DNA of 38,876 nt from an uncultured bacterium (GTDB taxonomy: Bacteria > Fidelibacterota > Marinisomatia > Marinisomatales > TCS55). How positions within the stretch are numbered: the stretch's first letter is position 1; each line of letters opens with the position of its first letter. Where the stretch lies: the NCBI GenBank assembly GCA_964468295.1, contig CAYXUK010000003.1:1-38876 (forward strand), given 5' to 3'. The notes below the pieces were generated by a model. That model was given only the letters and a program-made list of their open reading frames with translations. It did no database searches and was not told where the DNA came from. Below, piece by piece: positions 31,720-38,876 of the stretch. Both the position numbers and the translations under genes were made by a program.

Positions 31720-33210
31720 TTAAGTTTGCACAAATTCACCGAATTGTTTTCTAAAAACATCTGCTATTTCTCCCAATGTACACTCTGCACGCACACAATC
31801 AATGATTGCAGGCATAAGGTTTTTCTGGCTTTTCGCATGCGTTTCTAATTTTGATAATTTGGTATTGACAGTATCATTATCTCGGTTCTTTTTTACTGCT
31901 TTTACACCTTCAATCTGCTTATGGACTGAGGCCTGATCAATATCTTGTAAAACTGGTTCTGGTTCGTCATCTTCTACATAAGCATTAACACCAACAATTT
32001 TTGTTTTTTCATTATCAATTGATTGTTGGTATGCATAAGCACTTTTAGCAATCTCATTTTGGATCCATCCAGTTTCAATAGATGAAATTGTACCACCTTT
32101 GGCATCAATTTTTTCAATGATTGACATAGCCTCATTTTCTAATTCGGACGTTAATTGTTCGATCACCTCACTTCCGCCCATGGGATCGGTAAATTGAGTT
32201 ATGCCCGATTCATGGGCAATGATTTGTTGGGTACGCAACGCCAGTTTAGCCGAATGATCAGTTGGGAGCGCCAATGCTTCATCGAAAGCATTAGTGTGCA
32301 GAGATTGAGTGCCCCCTAAAACTGCCGATAAGGCCTGTATAGTCGTTCGAGTTATATTATTATCCACTTGCTGGGCGGTAAGCGTTGAACCGCCGGTTTG
32401 GGTATGAAAACGGCATAACATAGCTTTATCGTTGGTTGCTTTAAATCGATTTTTCATGATTGTTGCCCATAAACGGCGTGCAGCGCGGAATTTTGCTATT
32501 TCAGTCAGAAAATCGTTATGGGCGTTAAAGAAGAAGGATAGTTGCTTCCCAAATACATCAACTTTCAACCCTTTATCAATGGCAGCCTGTACATAAGCAA
32601 TCCCATTTGAAATTGTAAATGCCAATTCTTGAGCAGCAGTAGATCCGGCTTCACGAATATGATATCCTGAAATTGAAATAGTGTTCCATTTCGGTACATG
32701 ATCAGAGCAGAATGCAAAAATATCCGTTATCAACCGCATTGATGCTTCTGGTGGATAGATATAGGTACCACGGGCGATGTATTCTTTTAGTATATCATTC
32801 TGAACTGTACCACGTATTTTTTCAATAGAAATATTTTTTCGTTCTGCAGTGACAATATAAAGAGCAAGCAATGTAGCCGCAGTTGCGTTAATGGTCATAG
32901 AAGTTGAAACCTGGTCAAGCGGAATACCATCAAATAATCTTTCCATATCATTGATAGAGGAAATGGGTACACCCACTTTTCCTACCTCACCTTCAGCCAT
33001 TGGGTGATCGGAATCATAACCGATTTGAGTAGGAAGATCAAAGGCTACCGAAAGGCCGGAAACTCCCTGATTCAATAAATAACGATAACGCTCGTTTGAT
33101 TCTTTTGCGGAAGTAAAACCGGAATATTGGCGCATAGTCCAAAAACGCTCTTTGTACATTTCAGGATAGATTCCACGGGTGAAAGGAAACTGGCCCGCTT
33201 TTTCAGCCAT
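31720..33210 (-). CDS. methylmalonyl-CoA mutase family, large (catalytic) subunit without a B12-binding domain
   Basis: 496 aa. [39 protein letters not shown]...[17 protein letters not shown] is the canonical acyl-CoA mutase substrate-domain core. It ends before any DxHxxG B12 domain. Confidence 0.9.
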   Translation of the reverse strand: MAEKAGQFPFTRGIYPEMYKERFWTMRQYSGFTSAKESNERYRYLLNQGVSGLSVAFDLPTQIGYDSDHPMAEGEVGKVGVPISSINDMERLFDGIPLDQVSTSMTINATAATLLALYIVTAERKNISIEKIRGTVQNDILKEYIARGTYIYPPEASMRLITDIFAFCSDHVPKWNTISISGYHIREAGSTAAQELAFTISNGIAYVQAAIDKGLKVDVFGKQLSFFFNAHNDFLTEIAKFRAARRLWATIMKNRFKATNDKAMLCRFHTQTGGSTLTAQQVDNNITRTTIQALSAVLGGTQSLHTNAFDEALALPTDHSAKLALRTQQIIAHESGITQFTDPMGGSEVIEQLTSELENEAMSIIEKIDAKGGTISSIETGWIQNEIAKSAYAYQQSIDNEKTKIVGVNAYVEDDEPEPVLQDIDQASVHKQIEGVKAVKKNRDNDTVNTKLSKLETHAKSQKNLMPAIIDCVRAECTLGEIADVFRKQFGEFVQT

Positions 33211-33956
33211 TATTTGATGCCCCGTTCTTTTTTAATATTTTGATAGGCGTCATTCAGCGCTTTGAATTTTTCTTCAGCCAAATTTTTTAAATCCTCTCCC
33301 AAATGTGCAACCTTGTCGGGATGGTATTTTGCGGCCATTTTACGGTAAGTTTTCTTCACTTCATTATCTGTGTCGGATGATTTTAATCCCAGGATCTTAT
33401 AGTCGGAAAGTGTGTCCTTAAAAAACATGGCTTGGATTGAATCAAAATCATTATCATTGATATTCAAATAGCGACCAATTGTATGAATGACTTTGACTTC
33501 ATCGGGATGAACATTGCCGTCTGATTTCGAAAGCCCAAATAGCACATGAATAAGTTCCAATCGGCTGGGATGATCCATAGACCGAACGATCTGACGGCAG
33601 ACATCCCGCAAGGGATAATCCTGCTTAATAATATCTTTAAATAAGGTCATGAAATCCTGGACCTGGTTCCGATTGAATTGCTTAGACAAAAATTGCTTTA
33701 CATAATCAAGTTCTGATTTCAGCATTTGTTTGTCCGCTTTCATTACGGCTCCAAATAGAACCAATAGTGAAACGATGAAATCACCCGGTTGTGTTTGCGG
33801 GTAGACCTGAGATTGATAAGCGCCCCCATATGATGTAAATGTTGAACCTCCCTGCTGACCAGACATGCCGGCTAAAGAGTAACCGATGATAGCTCCAATG
33901 GGTCCACCCAGTGCCCAGCCGAGGCCTCCCCACAACATTTTTTTACCAACACTCAC
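33210..33956 (-). CDS. djlA: DjlA-like co-chaperone (N-terminal TM, TerB-like domain, C-terminal J domain)
   Basis: 248 aa. Gly-rich hydrophobic N-terminus and a TerB-like central region. The C-terminal J domain is [34 protein letters not shown] start. The stop shares 1 nt with the mutase ATG (TAATG). Confidence 0.75.
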   Translation of the reverse strand: MSVGKKMLWGGLGWALGGPIGAIIGYSLAGMSGQQGGSTFTSYGGAYQSQVYPQTQPGDFIVSLLVLFGAVMKADKQMLKSELDYVKQFLSKQFNRNQVQDFMTLFKDIIKQDYPLRDVCRQIVRSMDHPSRLELIHVLFGLSKSDGNVHPDEVKVIHTIGRYLNINDNDFDSIQAMFFKDTLSDYKILGLKSSDTDNEVKKTYRKMAAKYHPDKVAHLGEDLKNLAEEKFKALNDAYQNIKKERGIK

Positions 33957-34050
33957 GTAATTTTATCCTTTCAAGAGTTGGCAAAGTTAATACTATTTTC
34001 TTTTCCTTCAGAATGCAGAAGAAACCAAGGTAAACTAATTTTGGAAATTT

Positions 34051-34087
34051 CAAAGAAAACAAAAGCGGCATTATGGTGGAACCGCTT
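34051..34087 (-). terminator. terminator-like hairpin oriented on the minus strand in the djlA-upstream region (tentative)
   Basis: The minus strand reads AAGCGG-UUCCACCAUAAUG-CCGCUU followed by UUGUUUUCUUUG. The stem is 6 bp. No minus-strand gene ends nearby, so if real it would be leader or antisense related. Confidence 0.25.
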
Positions 34088-34118
34088 GAGTACAAAAAAA
34101 GATTTGGGATCAGAAACG

Positions 34119-34592
34119 ATGTCTATTTCAGTAAATGGCAGGCGTGCGCTTCGATATCTTATCATTCTTCCTGAACATACGACGCAATCTGAATTGGCAA
34201 AAAGATTTGTATTTTCTATGCGGAATGCACTTGGTCCGGAAGGGATAAGCCAGATAAGAATACTAGGTCCAGCAAATGTTGGAAATCTGATTAATCTCGA
34301 AGACTTTAATGATTTTATTTTATATTCAGAATCAGACTTAAACCGTTGGGGTTTGCCGGGGAAAGAATTGATTTGGACCTGCCAGCGGATCAAGGTTGAT
34401 GCCGTTTTAGATCTCAATCAAGAATTCGCTCCCATTTCTGCTACGATCTGTTCTAAAATAATTGCACCTTTAAAAGTGGGATTCTTTAGTGATGAAGGAG
34501 AAAATTATTATAATATTATGATACAACGATATGGAACTGATTTAGTAGAAAGTGGTTTTAAGGAAATATTTCAAATAATGGGTATAGGATGA
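34119..34592 (+). CDS. hypothetical protein
   Basis: The track ORF starts at TTG 33978. I prefer the in-frame ATG at 34119 (MSISVNGRRALRYLIILPEH...). The stop overlaps the next gene's ATG (ATGA). No motif recognised. Confidence 0.45.
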   Translation: MSISVNGRRALRYLIILPEHTTQSELAKRFVFSMRNALGPEGISQIRILGPANVGNLINLEDFNDFILYSESDLNRWGLPGKELIWTCQRIKVDAVLDLNQEFAPISATICSKIIAPLKVGFFSDEGENYYNIMIQRYGTDLVESGFKEIFQIMGIG

Positions 34593-35782
34593 ATATATTT
34601 GTTTATGAAGATCTGTCGGCGATGAATTTTGACCCGATTTCCCACACCAGAGCAACATTTGATATTCGCATAGGAGCAGAAACTTTTTTAGATCGTATTC
34701 AATCTATTTTCCCCGATTCAAACATATCCCTCATTGTTAGAGATGAATTGAAAAACGTGACAATGGAAAGACACCCTGGATTTTCTGTAAATCCCAGTTC
34801 TGTTCAAGATGGTTTATGGCTATTAGGCAATGTAATCTGGGATAAAGTGGATATAAAATCATTACTAAGGGCGAACAACGCTTTTTATTTTGATAAAAAA
34901 CTTGTAGGTGCAAATTTATCGAAAGAACTGGGAGAAAATTGGATAAAAAAAGATGGCCCAGCGCAAGGTAGCCCATCAATTGGAAATAAAGAAAAGGTTA
35001 AATCGTTTTATTGTCAATATCTCTGGGATATTTTAGATCACCTTCCGCATACAATTTTGTATGAATCCGTAGATTATAGGAATCATTTGGATCCAAAAAA
35101 ATATCCGGGTGCGATTTTTATGAACTCCGATGAAATTTTTGCTGGAGATGCAACTATTCAGCCGTCAGCCTTGATCAATGCTGAAAAGGGACCCGTAATT
35201 ATCGATGATGGAGTTTTAATATATGGTCATACTTATTTAGAAGGCCCTATTTATATTGGGCGCGATTCTATGATTAAGCCATTCACGCAGATAATAAATT
35301 CTGTAATTGGCCCATCTTGTAAAATTGGTGGAGAAATAAATACAGTAATAATTCAGGGCTTTTCCAATAAAGTACATGAAGGCCACTTGGGGGATGCTTT
35401 TTTAGGCGAATGGGTAAATCTTGGCGCTGGAACCATCAACAGTAACCTGAAAAATAATTATATATCAGTGAAGGTGGAAATTAATGGGAAAAGTATTGAT
35501 ACAGGCAGTTTACACGTTGGATGTTTTATTGGTGATCATGTAAAAACAGCTGTTGGAACGGTCATAAATACAGGTACAGTTGTTGGTCCAGGCTCAATGA
35601 TCGCCACCAACGGATTTCCTACAAAGACAATACGTCCATTTACCTGGTATGTAAATGGGGCCCATCAAAAAGTAATACTTGACAAGTTCTTTAAAACAAC
35701 ATATCATGTAAAAGAAAGACGAGATAAGAAACTGAGCGTGGCAGAAAAAGCATTGTTGGAGAAAATACAAAAAAACCGGTAA
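34589..35782 (+). CDS. putative sugar nucleotidyltransferase (NTP_transf_4-like N-terminus) with a left-handed beta-helix hexapeptide-repeat C-terminal domain
   Basis: 397 aa. The N-terminus MNIFVYEDLSAMNFDPISHTRATFDIRIG matches the family I know as the putative sugar nucleotidyl transferase of Bacteroidota-like genomes. The C-terminal half has hexapeptide-type periodicity (IGPSCKIGGEINTVII..., LGEWVNLGAGTINSN, IGDHVKTAVGTVINTGTVVGPGSMI). Confidence 0.7.
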   Translation: MNIFVYEDLSAMNFDPISHTRATFDIRIGAETFLDRIQSIFPDSNISLIVRDELKNVTMERHPGFSVNPSSVQDGLWLLGNVIWDKVDIKSLLRANNAFYFDKKLVGANLSKELGENWIKKDGPAQGSPSIGNKEKVKSFYCQYLWDILDHLPHTILYESVDYRNHLDPKKYPGAIFMNSDEIFAGDATIQPSALINAEKGPVIIDDGVLIYGHTYLEGPIYIGRDSMIKPFTQIINSVIGPSCKIGGEINTVIIQGFSNKVHEGHLGDAFLGEWVNLGAGTINSNLKNNYISVKVEINGKSIDTGSLHVGCFIGDHVKTAVGTVINTGTVVGPGSMIATNGFPTKTIRPFTWYVNGAHQKVILDKFFKTTYHVKERRDKKLSVAEKALLEKIQKNR

Positions 35783-35844
35783 AAAATGTTGGCGTGTGAA
35801 ATGACATCTGCTATATTCGTCTCCCATTTCAGAGGGAAAAACCC

Positions 35845-36246
35845 ATGTTAGAAGGTATAATTTGTCCAGTATGTGAAACCACTTTGGAAGAAGTGGATTT
35901 GAAAGAATCGCTTACATGCAAAAATTGTAAGTCCGATCTAAAAGATAGAAAATATCTGGACTTCCTGGAATTTCTAATGGCCAATGGTTTGGTAGAAGAT
36001 CTGGATTTTTTTGATCCAAAAGTATATAGTGAAGATGTAGAGCGTCTTGAACCAGATGACGAGGAAGATGTTGATCCGGCAGAATTCGAAAAGAAAAAAG
36101 ATATCTTCAGTCTATATGAGGGTGAAATGGAGATGTATAAGCAAAAAGCAAAAGATGATGAAATTAAAGGTTATGAAGACTTTGAAGGAATCGAAGAAGA
36201 ATGGGAAGATTTCAATCAGAGTAAAACCAAATCAAAGTCCAAGTAA
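35845..36246 (+). CDS. small zinc-ribbon protein with a highly acidic tail
   Basis: 133 aa. CPVC...CKNC forms a four-Cys ribbon at the N-terminus. The rest is D/E-rich and of low complexity. Confidence 0.5.
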   Translation: MLEGIICPVCETTLEEVDLKESLTCKNCKSDLKDRKYLDFLEFLMANGLVEDLDFFDPKVYSEDVERLEPDDEEDVDPAEFEKKKDIFSLYEGEMEMYKQKAKDDEIKGYEDFEGIEEEWEDFNQSKTKSKSK

Positions 36247-36261
36247 GAGTACAAAATAATT

Positions 36262-36582
36262 ATGGAAGAAAATAAAAATATTCAACAAATTAATATTGAG
36301 CTCACCCAAGAAGTGAGTGAAGGGGAATATGCTAATTTCGTTGTGGTCACTCATTCACCAGCGGAATTTGTCATGGATTTTACGAAAATTCTACCTGGTG
36401 TTACGAAGGCACGAGTCCATTCGAGGGTCATTATGGCGCCACAGCATACTAAAGCATTTTTAACAGCTTTGAACGATAATATTAAACGTTATGAGCAAAA
36501 AAATGGAGAAATTGCGACTCCTGCACAAGATGGATTTGGCGATTATCCTGCTACACCGCCAGAGGGTTCACTTCCGAACTAG
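36262..36582 (+). CDS. DUF3467-family protein
   Basis: 106 aa. GEYANFVVVTHSPAEFVMDF...RVIMAPQHTKAFLTALNDNIKRYEQ matches my recollection of the DUF3467 core. Confidence 0.65.
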   Translation: MEENKNIQQINIELTQEVSEGEYANFVVVTHSPAEFVMDFTKILPGVTKARVHSRVIMAPQHTKAFLTALNDNIKRYEQKNGEIATPAQDGFGDYPATPPEGSLPN

Positions 36583-37154
36583 TAGATCACCCAATCTGCA
36601 CCCCGTTTTAATTCTCTCATTTTAATGATCACCCAAACGCTGAGTATGATCCAGGCCAGACTGTATCCCAATAATCCACCAAATAGAATATCAGCTGGAT
36701 AATGAACCCCTACATAGACTCGGCTGAATGCAACTAGAGTAGCGATTGTAAAGAACACTGCTTTATAGCGGGGATAGAAATAATTGAAAACTACTGCTGC
36801 TGCAAAAATGTTTGCCGCATGAGAAGAAACAAATCCGAATTTTCCTCCTTTGCCCATTAGAATACGTATTCCTTCTGTTAATTCATGACTGGGCCTGAGT
36901 CGTCCAAAAAATGGTTTAAAAATCTGGGCAGATATGGCATCAGCCAATCCAACAGAAACAATTAATATTACGGCAGTAATCTGTCCGCGTCTACCCCCCT
37001 TGATCAGTAAAAATAGAATAGTTCCCAAAATAGGAATAACCCAAATATTTTGATTAGTAATGATTGGCATAATAAGATCAAAAAGAGGGTTAGCTATTGT
37101 AGAGTTGAAAAAACGAAAAACCGCCTTATCAATATTAATTAAGTATTCTAGCAT
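36579..37154 (-). CDS. PAP2-family phosphatase (undecaprenyl-diphosphatase/phosphatidic acid phosphatase type 2)
   Basis: 191 aa. Contains the three PAP2 motifs KPFFGRLRP, SSHAAN and SRVYVGVHYPADI. Multiple TM segments. Confidence 0.85.
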   Translation of the reverse strand: MLEYLINIDKAVFRFFNSTIANPLFDLIMPIITNQNIWVIPILGTILFLLIKGGRRGQITAVILIVSVGLADAISAQIFKPFFGRLRPSHELTEGIRILMGKGGKFGFVSSHAANIFAAAVVFNYFYPRYKAVFFTIATLVAFSRVYVGVHYPADILFGGLLGYSLAWIILSVWVIIKMRELKRGADWVIY

Positions 37155-37233
37155 GCTTGAAATTTAACTTTTCTTCAATATTAGAAAACACTTGCTCAGA
37201 GTATAATGCTGAGATAATTTTTCCTCTATTTTG

Positions 37234-37294
37234 GCAGGACCGTTGTAAAAGAAACCTGGTTGTTCCCCCGCTCCCAGGATTCCTACGGTCCTGC
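37234..37294. other. nested stem-loop element in the intergenic region upstream of the PAP2 gene (function unknown)
   Basis: GCAGGACCG (37234-37242) pairs perfectly with CGGTCCTGC (37286-37294). Inside it, CCTGG (37255-37259) pairs with CCAGG (37274-37278). G+C-rich relative to its surroundings. Confidence 0.3.
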
Positions 37295-37315
37295 TTCAAT
37301 TTTAAACACAAATAA

Positions 37316-37341
37316 GCCCCCAAAGTAATTTGGAGGCTTTT
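37316..37341 (-). terminator. probable intrinsic terminator downstream of the phosphotransferase gene
   Basis: GCCCCCAAA-GTAA-TTTGGAGGC. A 9-bp stem with one mismatch and a 4-nt loop, with T-rich flanks on both strands. It lies about 65 nt beyond the stop at 37404. Confidence 0.5.
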
Positions 37342-37403
37342 GACTTATTGCCCTGCATAATGCACTAAAATCCAGCACCAATTTTTTGTGCAATATATTA
37401 TAT

Positions 37404-38459
37404 CTATTCTTTGCGACTAATATCTAAAGCGAACCGTGCAATCAACGGAATAGCCTCTCCAAAAAAAGCGAATCGCTTATCTTTGGTCTGTCCACGAACA
37501 TAGCGGATATAGATTTGGGCCGCAATCCCTACCAATCGAAACAATCCCAAAATGTGATAAAAGGAAATGTGTGCAATATCCCGCCCACTTTTTTCAGCAT
37601 AACGAGCAACTAATTGATCTCTAGACAAAAATGATCCATCTGACGGCATCATTTGAACTGATTTAAAAAAGGGGAGATCTTCCGGATCTCTCCAGTAGCA
37701 TAGAAGGGAGCCCACATCAGAAAGCGGATCACCTAATGTGCACATATCCCAATCAAAAACAGCAACTAATTGATCTGGGTTTTCAAATGAGAACATGGCA
37801 TTATCAAGTTTGTAATCATTATGTACAAGGGTATGATCCGATGAGTCTGGGAGGTTTGATATAAGCCATCTGTATAATGCTTCCACATCTGGGATTTCCT
37901 GATTTTTTGCTGCTGTCCACCGTTTATACCAACCTTCAACTTGCCGCTCAATAAATCCTTCTGTTTTTCCCAGTGTTTGAAGTCCCAATTTTTGGTAGTC
38001 GACCCTGTGCAAATCCGCCAAAGTATCAACTAAGGCCATGCTCATCCGTGCGCCAGCATCGTTCATTTTGGAAAATTCATCTGGCATATTTGATCGAACA
38101 ACCAGGCCATGACGGCGTTCCATAATAAAAAAGGGTGCACCAACAATATCTGTATTTTCTTCAAATAAAAAGGCTTTGGGTGCTTTAGGGAATGATTGAT
38201 GAAGCACAGAAAGAACGCTGTATTCCCGTTCCATATCATGCGCTCCTGGAGCAACTGGGCCTAGAGGCGGGCGTCGCAACACATATTCATGGGTGCCGTA
38301 GTCCAGATGATAGGTCAGATTTGCTTTACCGCCAGGGAACTGTCTTACGGTCAGCGGCTGATCAGATCCAGTTAGCTTTCCATGAAGGTATTCCGCCAGT
38401 TTTTGTTCATCTAAGGCCTCATCCGGGCGGACAGGAATTGTATCAGCTGTCAGGCTCAT
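37404..38459 (-). CDS. phosphotransferase-family protein (APH/choline-kinase fold; ACAD10/11-type kinase domain homolog)
   Basis: 351 aa. QFPGGKANLTYHL at the nucleotide-binding N-lobe, catalytic loop LVHNDYKLDNAMF and metal-binding VFDWDMCTLGDPLSDV. The start overlaps the upstream ACAD gene by 17 nt. Confidence 0.85.
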   Translation of the reverse strand: MSLTADTIPVRPDEALDEQKLAEYLHGKLTGSDQPLTVRQFPGGKANLTYHLDYGTHEYVLRRPPLGPVAPGAHDMEREYSVLSVLHQSFPKAPKAFLFEENTDIVGAPFFIMERRHGLVVRSNMPDEFSKMNDAGARMSMALVDTLADLHRVDYQKLGLQTLGKTEGFIERQVEGWYKRWTAAKNQEIPDVEALYRWLISNLPDSSDHTLVHNDYKLDNAMFSFENPDQLVAVFDWDMCTLGDPLSDVGSLLCYWRDPEDLPFFKSVQMMPSDGSFLSRDQLVARYAEKSGRDIAHISFYHILGLFRLVGIAAQIYIRYVRGQTKDKRFAFFGEAIPLIARFALDISRKE

Positions 38460-38876
38460 AGGATTTTAAAATATGCCGCGCCGCCGCCATTTTATGGACT
38501 TCATCAGGACCATCGTAGATGCGGGCGCCTCGTTCATGGCGATACCACACGGCCAATGGTGTATCATCTGTGATTCCCAGCGCACCATGTGTCTGGATGG
38601 CTCGATCCAAAACTTGGCCTAAGGTTTTTGCCGTGTGAAACTTGATCATGGAAATTTCTGCTCTGGCAGCATGTGCACCCTCTGTATCAATTTTTTGGGC
38701 GCATTCTAAAACAAGGAGACGGCTTGCATCAATTTCTGCTCTGGATTCTGCGATCCAACTTCGGATCACAGATTGATCAGCAAGGGTAGACTTTGGGGTA
38801 ATTTTTCGGTCTGTTGCCCGTTGGCACATGAGATCAAAGGACCGTTCGCAGATACCGATCCAGCGCATGCAGTGGT
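38443..38876 (-). CDS. acyl-CoA dehydrogenase, C-terminal part (5' end lies outside the window)
   Basis: The ORF is open to the window edge. It has an ACAD C-terminal helical domain (IKFHTAKTLGQVLDRAIQTHGALGITDDTPLAVWYRHERGARIYDGPDEVH). Confidence 0.85.
   Translation of the reverse strand, partial: HCMRWIGICERSFDLMCQRATDRKITPKSTLADQSVIRSWIAESRAEIDASRLLVLECAQKIDTEGAHAARAEISMIKFHTAKTLGQVLDRAIQTHGALGITDDTPLAVWYRHERGARIYDGPDEVHKMAAARHILKSYEPDS

Noticed and set aside
33971-34417. A 148-aa minus-strand ORF antisense to the plus-strand ORF 33978-34592.
   Set aside because: The plus-strand ORF is linked to the next gene by an ATGA overlap in a co-directional block. The minus ORF has no motif and would leave djlA without a promoter region. 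Neither has homology evidence, so confidence is modest.
36047-36259. A 70-aa Lys-rich ORF in an alternative frame of the acidic zinc-ribbon gene.
   Set aside because: A GAA/GAT-rich acidic coding sequence automatically yields a K/R-rich shifted frame. This is a frame-shadow artefact.
37135-37323. A 62-aa minus-strand ORF covering the spacer upstream of the PAP2 gene.
   Set aside because: It runs through the nested stem-loop and into the PAP2 start in another frame. It is Arg/Gly-rich because of the G+C-rich hairpin and is better explained as non-coding structure.

Overview
This is a densely coded 38.9 kb chromosomal segment from a low-G+C diderm bacterium. I support about 38 protein-coding genes. 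Many are joined by start/stop overlaps of 1-17 nt, and few have a clear Shine-Dalgarno sequence. Together with the gene content (queG, DUF3467, an NTP_transf_4-type nucleotidyltransferase, an Omp85-type barrel, lpxH), this suggests a streamlined marine FCB-superphylum-like organism. That taxonomic call is inference only.

Recognisable housekeeping genes are lpxH, radA, tgt, queG, elbB, mdh, rplU-rpmA, an RNase E/G-family gene, metH, thyX, birA, djlA, a B12-domain-less methylmalonyl-CoA mutase large subunit, a CDF transporter and a PAP2 phosphatase.

I found no rRNA, tRNA, CRISPR array, transposase, integrase or recognisable defence system.

The most unusual items:
1. A translationally coupled operon at 23366-28906: a fused E1 alpha/beta 2-oxoacid dehydrogenase component, a FabD-like acyltransferase, a homocitrate/isopropylmalate-synthase-type enzyme and a glutaryl-CoA-dehydrogenase-like enzyme, with no E2, E3 or ACP in the window.
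2. A 1057-aa outer-membrane protein that fuses an HExxH peptidase-like domain, a PD40/TolB-like propeller and an Omp85-type barrel.
3. A candidate SAM-II/SAM-V-like pseudoknot plus an intrinsic-terminator attenuator directly upstream of metH.
4. A HOL-type halide/thiol methyltransferase whose TTG start overlaps the end of metH.

All functional calls rest on motifs I recognised by eye in the supplied translations. No database search was run.
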